DNA from: an uncultured Lachnospiraceae bacterium
GTDB taxonomy: Bacteria; Bacillota; Clostridia; Lachnospirales; Lachnospiraceae
NCBI GenBank assembly: GCA_910583605.1
Contig: CAJTXN010000014.1
Location: 3,797 to 67,796 of the forward strand
Reading direction: 5' to 3'
Length of the DNA: 64,000 nt
Each line of letters starts with the position of its first letter. The stretch's first letter is position 1. This document shows positions 23,401 through 32,295 of this stretch, piece by piece. Below the pieces are notes generated by a model. That model searched no databases, had not been told where the DNA came from, and saw only the letters and a list, made by a program, of their open reading frames with translations. The translations under genes were made by a program, and so were the position numbers.

Positions 23401-25428
23401 ATGAAATTTTCTGGAAATAAACTTTTGAAAACAGGATTGGTCTGTACGCTTACGATTTCGATACTGATGGGATTAACGGCTTGCGGAAACAGCAGGGAAG
23501 CAGGGACATCCGGAACCGGAAGCAAAGCAAATACCATTGATTTCGGACTGGCGGCACAGGTTACAGACGGTTCGATTCTGCACTGTTTTTCATGGTCGTT
23601 CAACACGATTACCGAATCGATGGAAGATATTGCGGCAGCCGGATTTTCAGGGATTCAGACTTCACCGATCAATGCCTGTTATGATGGCGGCAATGCCGGA
23701 ATGGAGTTGTTTGGAGAGGGTAAATGGAGTTATCATTACCAGCCCACAGACTGGAAGATTGGAAATTATCAATTGGGAACCAGAGATGAATTTAAGAAAA
23801 TGTGTGATGTTGCCCACAGTTACGGAATTAAAGTAATCGTGGATGTGGCACCAAACCATACTACGAAGGAAATCAGCGGAGTTTCCGAAGATTTGCTGAC
23901 AGCGGCAGGCGGACAGGAGGCGTTATACCATTCCGGCGGAATGGATGCGATTTCTGATTACACAGACCGGAAGCAATGTACATTAATGGGAGTAGGCGGT
24001 CTGCCGGATGTGAATACGGAGAATGTAAAGTTTCAGGATTATTTTATTTCTTATCTGAATGACTGTATTGCCTGCGGAGCAGACGGTTTTCGTTATGATA
24101 CGGCAAAACATATCGGTCTGCCGGATGATCCGAAAGATACCGGAGTTTCGGAAAATAATTTCTGGAGCAGGGTCATCAGGGAAATAAATCATGCAGATAC
24201 GATTTTTAATTATGGTGAAGTCCTGCAGGATGGCGGCGAGCGGATTGCCGATTATATTGATACGATTGGTGCGGCAACTGCCAGTTCTTATGGTTCTGCT
24301 ATCCGTGATGCTGCCATGTCCGGTAAAATGGATGCGGAAAAACTGAAGGATTTTAAAGTCGGAGGTAGTACCAATGTGGTTACATGGGTAGAGTCCCATG
24401 ATAATTATACCGGAGATGAATCTACATATTTATTGGTTCGCAATCAGGATATTATAAGGGGCTGGTCAATCATTGCTGCCCGGGGAGCCGGAACACCGTT
24501 GTTTTTCTCAAGGCCGTATAACAGTTCCGAAGATAATATGTGGGGAACCATGAACCGGATTGGTATGGCAGGAGATATGTTATATAAGGATTCAACGGTA
24601 GCGACAGTAAACCGTTTTCGAAATGCCATGGCAGGAGAGCCGGAGAATATTTATAATTTGAATGAAAATACAGAAATTTTATATATTGAACGGGGGAGCA
24701 GAGGTCTTGTCATTATTAATTCCGGAGAAGAAATTAAGATAGGCGGAGAGACCACACTGGCAGACGGAACTTATATCAACCGGGTGGATGGTACGGCAGA
24801 ATTTGTTGTATCCGGTGGAAAAATTACAGGCACACTGCCAAAGGATTCCGTTGTGGTTTTATATAATGATGGTTATATAGAAATCGGCAAGAGCCCTCTT
24901 GTTAAGGTTTCTGATGATGACAGTCAAGTATTTCATACGGACACACTGGAAGTCACACTGGTTGCCGAGAATACGGCAAAGGCAGTGTATTCTGTTAATG
25001 GCGGAGAAGAAGTGGAATTTAAAAACGGAGATAAACTCACAATCGGAGAAGGTGTGGCAGCCGGAACCGTGATTCGTATTACGTTAAAGGGTGAGAGTTC
25101 CGACGGTCTGCATAGTACCATGACATATGAATTCTCCAAAAAAGAAGGAACTTCCTCCGGTACGGTAATTTATTTTAAAAAGCCGGATAACTGGAAAAAC
25201 GAAATATGTGCTTATGTATATGATGAGACTTCTTATTCGGAAGTAAAGTATAATGAAAAATGGCCGGGAGTTGCCATGAAAGAAGAAGGAAACGGGGTAT
25301 ACAGTTATACCTTTACCGAAGATTGGATTGCACCTTTGGTAATCTTTACGGATGGAACCAACCAGTCCAATGGAGAAATGGAGCCGGGGGAAAAGGTTGA
25401 AAGCGGAAAAACTTATGAAGTGAGATAA
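23401..25428 (+). CDS. Lipoprotein alpha-amylase (GH13) with C-terminal starch-binding module (CBM26-like)
   Basis: Lipobox LTAC, ILHCFSW, GFRYDTAKH, WVESHD, C-terminal YFKKPDNW..WPGVAM. Confidence 0.9.
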   Translation: MKFSGNKLLKTGLVCTLTISILMGLTACGNSREAGTSGTGSKANTIDFGLAAQVTDGSILHCFSWSFNTITESMEDIAAAGFSGIQTSPINACYDGGNAGMELFGEGKWSYHYQPTDWKIGNYQLGTRDEFKKMCDVAHSYGIKVIVDVAPNHTTKEISGVSEDLLTAAGGQEALYHSGGMDAISDYTDRKQCTLMGVGGLPDVNTENVKFQDYFISYLNDCIACGADGFRYDTAKHIGLPDDPKDTGVSENNFWSRVIREINHADTIFNYGEVLQDGGERIADYIDTIGAATASSYGSAIRDAAMSGKMDAEKLKDFKVGGSTNVVTWVESHDNYTGDESTYLLVRNQDIIRGWSIIAARGAGTPLFFSRPYNSSEDNMWGTMNRIGMAGDMLYKDSTVATVNRFRNAMAGEPENIYNLNENTEILYIERGSRGLVIINSGEEIKIGGETTLADGTYINRVDGTAEFVVSGGKITGTLPKDSVVVLYNDGYIEIGKSPLVKVSDDDSQVFHTDTLEVTLVAENTAKAVYSVNGGEEVEFKNGDKLTIGEGVAAGTVIRITLKGESSDGLHSTMTYEFSKKEGTSSGTVIYFKKPDNWKNEICAYVYDETSYSEVKYNEKWPGVAMKEEGNGVYSYTFTEDWIAPLVIFTDGTNQSNGEMEPGEKVESGKTYEVR

Positions 25429-25440
25429 ATTCATGGATAT

Positions 25441-25491
25441 AAACAGACACCGCTGAAAGGAATGGAAATTGCCTTTCAGCGGTGTCTGTTT
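25441..25491. terminator. Bidirectional intrinsic terminator
   Basis: 20-bp perfect stem AAACAGACACCGCTGAAAGG / CCTTTCAGCGGTGTCTGTTT. Confidence 0.85.
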
Positions 25492-25527
25492 TAATGATAT
25501 GAGAACGGCATCTGTGTAAAAGAGAGA

Positions 25528-26418
25528 TTAATTACATAATTTGTTTTTCTGAATAATTCCCAATCCCAAAGCATAAGGGCCGGTATGACAGCCGATGGTG
25601 GTGCCGATTCTGACCGGTATTGTTTTATCGCATTGAATACCCAGATATTCCTCTGCTTCTTTTTCAAATGCTGCGGCTTCTTCATAATCATATCCACAGG
25701 ACACTATGAAATTATAATCTTCTTTATTGATTCCCGGTTCGTTCAGATAAGACTTCAGAGCTGACAGTACACTGAGTTTGGACTTTTTACGGCTTCGGCT
25801 GATTCCACCCAGGGAAATATCTCCGTCTTTCATTATGATCGTCGGACGAATGCCGAGTTTATCTCCTGCCAGTACGGCTAATTTTCCAATACGTCCGTTT
25901 TTGATTAAATATTCTAAAGATCCGACCGTGAAGTAGATACGTCCTGTTTTTTTAATTTGTTCCAATTCCGCAACAGAATCTTCATAAGAAATCCCGGCAT
26001 CCCTTAATTTAACGGCTTCGTTTACAAATAAACCTTCACTGGCGGTATTCAGTGCAGAATCGATTACCGTAATGACCGCCTCCGGATGGGTTTCAAGAAT
26101 TAACTCTTTGGCATTGCAGGCGCTATTATAGGAGCCGCTGAATTTGGAAGTAATACAAATGCATATAATAGGAATGTTTTGTTCAACATAAGGCATGAAG
26201 ACATCTATATAATCCTGTACGGACGGCAGAGAAGACTTCGGTATGGCGTGTTCATCTATCATCTTACGGTAAAAGGTGTCGTGGTCAATACCTTCCCCTT
26301 CTTTTACATAGTTTTCACCATCAAATGTAACATAAAAAGGAACAATTTTTATATTATGTGCAGTGGTATAGTCTGACAGTAAGTCACATGCACCATCACT
26401 GATAATCTGATAACTCAT
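25528..26418 (-). CDS. DegV family fatty-acid-binding protein
   Basis: IISDGACDL, SSLPS, SGSYNSA, LEYLIKNGRIG, HTGP; GGAGG upstream of ATG 26418. Confidence 0.92.
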   Translation of the reverse strand: MSYQIISDGACDLLSDYTTAHNIKIVPFYVTFDGENYVKEGEGIDHDTFYRKMIDEHAIPKSSLPSVQDYIDVFMPYVEQNIPIICICITSKFSGSYNSACNAKELILETHPEAVITVIDSALNTASEGLFVNEAVKLRDAGISYEDSVAELEQIKKTGRIYFTVGSLEYLIKNGRIGKLAVLAGDKLGIRPTIIMKDGDISLGGISRSRKKSKLSVLSALKSYLNEPGINKEDYNFIVSCGYDYEEAAAFEKEAEEYLGIQCDKTIPVRIGTTIGCHTGPYALGLGIIQKNKLCN

Positions 26419-26553
26419 AGAAAACCTCCAAAAGTACGGGTATGGTTGGAAATCCATACCATCTATATTATATGATTAGAATATTATATCATGTGGTTTT
26501 GGAAACTACAAGATGAAATTAAAAAATATTATATTGTATTCTGTTCGGTATTC

Positions 26554-26614
26554 TGCTAGCCGGACGCAGATGGGGAAGCCTTTGGGCACAGGCTTCCCCA
26601 TCTGCTGATTCTGG
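26554..26614 (-). repeat. Short hairpin element sharing end motifs with the larger structured repeat
   Basis: 16-bp perfect stem 26566-26581 / 26590-26605; on the minus strand it ends in CTGCGTCCGGCTAGCA, similar to 26986 and 47460. Confidence 0.6.
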
Positions 26615-26752
26615 CTGAATTTATAAAAAAATCTGGCAACGGATTATGTTTATATTCAGCTAATACATAAATACATATCAGAAATTTCCGGTGAGGATTA
26701 AAATGTTGTTTAAATTTTATATTTTAAGATTTAAAAATTTTTCCAAAAAACA

Positions 26753-27001
26753 GCGGAGGCAGAAAGCTTCGGACCCGGTTTGACGACTTTCGGAAAAAGC
26801 TGGGAAGTTCTTGGTGTTCTGCCGGAAAATCAGCTATTTCCTGACACGATGTCAGGAAAAGTCATCCGTGAGGCATGGACGCCGAATGGATGACGGTAGC
26901 GTCCGCCTTCAAATATCTATCGCAGAACACTTAGAACTTCCCAGCTTTTGGAGAGTCGTCAAACCGGGTCCGAAGCTTTCTGCCTCTGCGTTCGGCTGGC
27001 A
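26753..27001 (+). repeat. Intergenic structured element, copy 1: about 57-bp inverted arms around a multibranched core
   Basis: Arms 26753-26811 / 26933-26989; core 26803-26941 is homologous to 47275-47415. Confidence 0.8.
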
Positions 27002-27119
27002 GGCAAATGAACCACAAAAAAATAGTATTTGTGTATTTACCAATTAATGCTATAATATTTAGATACTTCCTTTGAGATAATCATACCATACATCAATTAT
27101 TAGAAGAAAGGAGCTTCTT

Positions 27120-27389
27120 ATGTTCCGATTATGGGCAAAAACATTTAAAAACAATCATATGCTGAATGATATGACAGTATCAAATAATACGGCGGGACTT
27201 ACCAGAACCCAGAAAATTTTTCAGGCCATCGATGAAATCTGTCTGGAATTTGATTTGGGGAAACCAATCTGGCTGAGTGCAAATGTGGAAGATTTTAAAA
27301 GGCACGATAAAGTCCGGTTTCGTCAGGATAATTTTATAGAAGAAGTGGATTTTGACTATTTGGAAATTCATGTGATAGAAGAGGACTGA
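27120..27389 (+). CDS. Small hypothetical protein
   Basis: AAGGAG ribosome-binding site; 89 aa; FDLGKPIWL and FDYLEIHVIEED. Confidence 0.8.
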   Translation: MFRLWAKTFKNNHMLNDMTVSNNTAGLTRTQKIFQAIDEICLEFDLGKPIWLSANVEDFKRHDKVRFRQDNFIEEVDFDYLEIHVIEED

Positions 27390-27540
27390 CCGGATTCAGG
27401 AAGCGGAGAAACTGCCGGAAATGTGAAAAAATTATGATAATCTTGCCTGATTTCTGAAACTGTGTTATAGTTTCTTCAGTATTAAAATAAGAAAAATAAA
27501 AAATATTCGATAGTATTTATATATGGAGGTTTGCGGTAAA

Positions 27541-28371
27541 ATGTCAGAAAGAGAATGTAATAATTCAGAGTGTACCAGAGAAAGCTGTGCCGGATGTTCC
27601 CAGAGCAGGGAAAGTATGCTGGCACCGGCGAATAAAACAAGTAAAATAGGAAAAGTCATTGCGGTAATGAGCGGTAAAGGCGGAGTGGGAAAATCAATGA
27701 TTACTTCGTCACTGGCAGTGGAACTGACAAAAAAGGGATATAAAGTGGGTATATTGGATTCTGATATCACGGGACCTTCCATTCCTAAGATGTTCGGATT
27801 GGAACAGGTGGCAGAAGGAACAGAGGAAGGAATATTTCCTTCAGTTACGGCCGGCAATATCAAAGTCATGTCAGTTAATTTACTGCTGGAGGACACAGAA
27901 GAACCGGTTATATGGCGGGGGCCAGTAATCGCCGGTGTAGTAAAGCAGTTCTGGTCTGACGTGTTTTGGGGTGAACTGGATTATCTTCTGGTGGATATGC
28001 CGCCGGGAACGGGAGATGTACCTTTAACGGTCTTTCAGTCGTTACCGGTAGACGGAGTGATAGTAGTCACATCACCTCAGGATCTGGTCAGACTGATAGT
28101 GAAAAAGGCATATAACATGGCGGTAAAAATGGATATACCAGTGATAGGAATGGTAGAAAATTACAGCTACCTGGAATGTCCGGACTGTGGCAGAAAGCTG
28201 AATATCTTTGGCGAAAGCAAAATTGATGAGGTGGCTGAAGAATTAAAGATTCCGGTGCTGGGAAAACTTCCGGTAGTTTCCGGTTTTGCGGAACTTGCGG
28301 ATGCAGGAAGGTTTGATGAGGTGGAAAATCCATATCTGGAAGAAGCAGTCAGGATGATAACAGAAAAATAA
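27541..28371 (+). CDS. Mrp/NBP35 family Fe-S carrier ATPase
   Basis: N-terminal Cys cluster, SGKGGVGKS, WRGP, DMPPGTGD, CPDC. Confidence 0.93.
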   Translation: MSERECNNSECTRESCAGCSQSRESMLAPANKTSKIGKVIAVMSGKGGVGKSMITSSLAVELTKKGYKVGILDSDITGPSIPKMFGLEQVAEGTEEGIFPSVTAGNIKVMSVNLLLEDTEEPVIWRGPVIAGVVKQFWSDVFWGELDYLLVDMPPGTGDVPLTVFQSLPVDGVIVVTSPQDLVRLIVKKAYNMAVKMDIPVIGMVENYSYLECPDCGRKLNIFGESKIDEVAEELKIPVLGKLPVVSGFAELADAGRFDEVENPYLEEAVRMITEK

Positions 28372-28394
28372 TCAAAAATAAGGCAGGTGCAAAA

Positions 28395-29045
28395 ATGAAT
28401 TATAATCTGGATGAAATATTGGACGGGTATGACAATGAGTCCGATGTATCGGAAGAGGAAAAGAGATATCAGAGTGAGGAAAACGAAAAAGAACAGAATC
28501 AGAATGGGAATAACATAAAAAAAGACACCGGGAAAGATAATCTCTGGAAAGAAGTGTTTAGCTGGGTCCGGATCATTGTGGGAGCTTTTATCGTTGCATT
28601 TATTCTGAGCAACTTCGTAATTGTCAATGCCAGGGTTCCTTCCGGTTCTATGATAAGCACAATTAATGAAAATGATAAACTCATCGGGTTCCGGCTGGCT
28701 TATTTATTCAGTGATCCGAAACGGGGAGATATCGTTATGTTTGATTCCCCGGTAGAAGACAAAATATACATAAAGAGAGTGATCGGTCTGCCGGGGGAAA
28801 CCGTGGAGATTCGGGATAATACGGTATACATTAACGGGGAGCGGCTGGAAGAGGATTATGTAAAAAATGAATGGACCAATTCGCCGGGGACAAAAACTTA
28901 TGATGTACCAGAGGGGTGCTATTTTATGATGGGGGACAACCGGAATGCATCAGCGGACTCCAGGGTATGGGGAGTCATAAAAGAGGATGCTATTATTGCA
29001 AAAGCAATATTCAGATATTATCCATCCATTGATATGCTGGATTAA
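28395..29045 (+). CDS. lepB: Signal peptidase I
   Basis: VPSGSM, YIKRVIGLPGE, MGDNRNASADSR. Confidence 0.95.
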   Translation: MNYNLDEILDGYDNESDVSEEEKRYQSEENEKEQNQNGNNIKKDTGKDNLWKEVFSWVRIIVGAFIVAFILSNFVIVNARVPSGSMISTINENDKLIGFRLAYLFSDPKRGDIVMFDSPVEDKIYIKRVIGLPGETVEIRDNTVYINGERLEEDYVKNEWTNSPGTKTYDVPEGCYFMMGDNRNASADSRVWGVIKEDAIIAKAIFRYYPSIDMLD

Positions 29046-29063
29046 AGGAGAATGTTATAAAAA

Positions 29064-30179
29064 ATGAAGGCAAAAAAAATAATAACATATTCGGCTTTAG
29101 AGCGGCAAAGGCATGGAATAAAGGGTGCGGGAACATATGTAGGAATATTTCTGTTTATGTTCCCGTTTATTTCCATTCTGCTGGCTCTTTTTTCATGTTT
29201 TATATATCATCTGTCCGATACAATGTATTCTGCATTATTTATGACGGGAACCATATTGCTGATTGTTTTGTTTCTTGGGGCGGAAATCCGATGGCTGTGG
29301 GAAATGTTGACGGTTTATGTGGCAGGAGAAGACGGAGCGCTGTATCGGCTACACATTTCTGTTTTCTGGTATAAGATAAAAAACTGTACAAACCTGCTGA
29401 ATCCCATGAATACAGCCGGCGGGAAATGGATGCAGCTATTTTATATGATTCAGAATATTAAACTGGCATTGGAGAGAGCGGGCGATATCGGTTTTGATGA
29501 GCTGATCCGGATGGGACGGCTGACCAGAATAACCGGTATTATGGAAGTGGAAAACAGGAAAAAGTCTTTTATCATTTCGGGCGAAATTGAAAATCAAAAA
29601 GGAATTCGAAGGAGAAAAATAAGTATCCGGAAGGTCTATGATCATATTGATGCGTTGCAGGAATATGCCGATATTTATAAAACAAAGGGAAAAGAGGCAG
29701 CAGAAGCATATAATTTCAGATTTAAAAAGGATGCTTCTGCCTATGTGATCGAGCGAACACCGTTTCAGAAACTAAAACGGTTTTTAACTGTATGGACGGG
29801 TATCCTATTATGGCTTGCCCTGTTTACCGTATATCCGGACTTAAATAAATTAAGCCATATCAATTCGGGAAGATACCAAAAGACGGAAGCATATGCCGAC
29901 ACCGTTGAATCGGAACATGTCAAAGCAGTTTTTCAATATAACGGAAAAGATTATATGATAGATGTGAAGGATGAATATCTGAAACCGGACGGGGAAGGAT
30001 ATACGGTTTCCATCTATTTTGACACGGAAAATCCACAGAAATATTTTCGCAGCCAGATTTACGGACTCATGTATAAACCTGTGTTTGTAATCTATTTTAC
30101 GGTAATTATATTATATTTAATATCCGGAATTACCCAGTACATCATTGATAAATTCATTGCTGCCAAAAAAAGAAATTGA
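29064..30179 (+). CDS. Hypothetical membrane protein, about four TM segments
   Basis: Long ORF with ribosome-binding site and hydrophobic stretches. Confidence 0.7.
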   Translation: MKAKKIITYSALERQRHGIKGAGTYVGIFLFMFPFISILLALFSCFIYHLSDTMYSALFMTGTILLIVLFLGAEIRWLWEMLTVYVAGEDGALYRLHISVFWYKIKNCTNLLNPMNTAGGKWMQLFYMIQNIKLALERAGDIGFDELIRMGRLTRITGIMEVENRKKSFIISGEIENQKGIRRRKISIRKVYDHIDALQEYADIYKTKGKEAAEAYNFRFKKDASAYVIERTPFQKLKRFLTVWTGILLWLALFTVYPDLNKLSHINSGRYQKTEAYADTVESEHVKAVFQYNGKDYMIDVKDEYLKPDGEGYTVSIYFDTENPQKYFRSQIYGLMYKPVFVIYFTVIILYLISGITQYIIDKFIAAKKRN

Positions 30180-30266
30180 ATTTGCTTTTCACCTGATTTT
30201 AACATAATTATCATAAAAACATAAAAATATGGTGTTATTTTATTTGTATATAAAAATGAAAGGCGG

Positions 30267-32270
30267 ATGGCTATGAGATTTAGAAAAAGCATGATATCAG
30301 GTCTGTGTCTGTTACTGGTAGGAACCGCTGCCATGATGGGAGCGTGCAGTTCAAAGAAAGATGGAAATATTAATGATAGTGATAAATCAATAAATACAAC
30401 AACTGCTGCGAATGAACCGGTTGCCGGTAACGAAGGAAATCAGGCTGAAAGCGGGGATTCTGAAAATACTGCTGATATCACAAAATTCGATATTAATGTA
30501 AGTTATAAGGACAAGCAGCTTAATACGGTTTATGATGAAACGGCGGCAACAAAGATTCAGTTGTCTGATTCCGGAATCCAGGTCAGTGATTCCGGTGCGG
30601 TTGTGCAGGGGAACACGGTAACTATAACAAAAGCAGAAACATATATTATCAGCGGTTCTGTATCAGACGGACAGGTTATTGTGGATTCTTCTGAAGAAGG
30701 ATATGTGTGGCTTGTATTGGACAATGTAAGTATTACATCTCAGAATTCCTCTGCAATATATGTAAAAAGTGCGGATAATACGCTGATTACACTGCCGGAG
30801 GGAACGAAGAATGAGGTGACGGATGGTAAAGACTATGTATTTGAGGGAGAAGAGACTTCTTTAAACGCAGCCATTTACAGTAAAGATGATTTATTCATAA
30901 ATGGAACAGGAAGTCTGACCGTGACCGGAAATTATAATCATGGAATCCAGTCCAAGGATGATTTGGTTATCATAAGCGGTAATATTACGGTTCATTCCGC
31001 AGGAGACGGTATTGTGGGTAAAGATTCCGTGGTGATCAGGGAAGCTGTTATCACAGTCGAGGCAGGCGGAGACGGAATAAAATCTACAAATGCCGTTCAG
31101 GATAAAGGTTATATCTATCTGGATAATCCCAATATAACCATTACGGCAGCGAATGATGGAATTCAGGCAGAAACCTGTATGGTAATTGAAGATGGAATAT
31201 ATGACATTATTACAGGCGGCGGAAGCGGGAATGCCAGTACAAAAGACAATGGGGAATTCAATCATGGCTGGGGAAACTGGGGTGGAGGCCGTCCGGGAAT
31301 GAGAGAAGATATGGAACCGGACTCCAATAACGATACGGTTTCAGACAGTGCAAAGGGAATAAAAGCAGGAGTGGATATAACAATCAATGGAGGAGTCTTT
31401 ACTTGTGATACATCAGATGATGCAATACATTCAAACAACAGCATTACAATAAATAAAGGGACTATGACTATGGCATCGGGAGATGACGGGATTCATTCGG
31501 ACACCATATTAACCATTTATGGAGGAGAAATAGAGATAACTAAATCTTATGAGGGAATTGAAAGCGCCAATATCTATGTAAATGATGGAACGATTACGCT
31601 GACTGCCAGTGACGACGGCATAAATGCGGCAGGAGGCAGTGATGGCTCTGCGATAAACGGAAGGCCGGGGCAGAATTCTTTTTCCGGTGCTGGAGACTAT
31701 GAAATGGTATTTAACGGAGGAACCGTTTTGATATATGCTGACGGCGACGGTCTGGATTCCAACGGAAAAATTATTATAAACGGAGGAACCCTTTGGATTG
31801 AGGGGCCTGAAGACGGAGGAAACGCGGCCGTTGATTATGAGACCGGTCTGGAGATAAACGGAGGAACACTGTTTGCAGCAGGAAGTGCGGGAATGGCGGA
31901 AGCGCCAACCGGAGGCAGACAGTGCAGTGTAATGATTAATTTTGATTCCGTTTTTCAGGGAGAAACGAAAGTGACGGTTCGGGATTCGGAAGGAACCGGG
32001 ATTTTGGATTATACACCGGGCAGGTCCTGGCAATCCGTTATTTTTTCATCACCGGATTTACAAAAGAGTAATACATATGATATATTAACAAATGAGGAGT
32101 TATATACTTCCGTTAAGCTTTCGGATATGGTAACAACCATAGGGGTGTCCGGCGGAATGAACGGTGGAATGAGGAACCCGGGCGGAATGAGAGAACATCC
32201 GGACAACAGGGAAGAAGGAATCAGAGAATTTCCGGATGGAAGGAACCGGGAAACGGAAGGGGGGGTCTAA
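30267..32270 (+). CDS. Lipoprotein with beta-helix carbohydrate-binding domain (Cthe_2159/DUF4353-like)
   Basis: Lipobox MGAC; repeated DDGIHS, DGI and DGLDSNG motifs; Gly/Met-rich tail. Confidence 0.85.
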   Translation: MAMRFRKSMISGLCLLLVGTAAMMGACSSKKDGNINDSDKSINTTTAANEPVAGNEGNQAESGDSENTADITKFDINVSYKDKQLNTVYDETAATKIQLSDSGIQVSDSGAVVQGNTVTITKAETYIISGSVSDGQVIVDSSEEGYVWLVLDNVSITSQNSSAIYVKSADNTLITLPEGTKNEVTDGKDYVFEGEETSLNAAIYSKDDLFINGTGSLTVTGNYNHGIQSKDDLVIISGNITVHSAGDGIVGKDSVVIREAVITVEAGGDGIKSTNAVQDKGYIYLDNPNITITAANDGIQAETCMVIEDGIYDIITGGGSGNASTKDNGEFNHGWGNWGGGRPGMREDMEPDSNNDTVSDSAKGIKAGVDITINGGVFTCDTSDDAIHSNNSITINKGTMTMASGDDGIHSDTILTIYGGEIEITKSYEGIESANIYVNDGTITLTASDDGINAAGGSDGSAINGRPGQNSFSGAGDYEMVFNGGTVLIYADGDGLDSNGKIIINGGTLWIEGPEDGGNAAVDYETGLEINGGTLFAAGSAGMAEAPTGGRQCSVMINFDSVFQGETKVTVRDSEGTGILDYTPGRSWQSVIFSSPDLQKSNTYDILTNEELYTSVKLSDMVTTIGVSGGMNGGMRNPGGMREHPDNREEGIREFPDGRNRETEGGV

Positions 32271-32295
32271 AGTATTTCCGGAAGGAGAGAGAAAA

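Noticed and set aside
26860..26895. Hammerhead ribozyme (GA-stem-GAA resemblance)
   Set aside because: The CUGANGA core and the GAAA/UH arrangement are not present in either copy.
26811..27047. 78-aa ORF
   Set aside because: Lies across the structured repeat, has no ribosome-binding site and no recognisable protein features.
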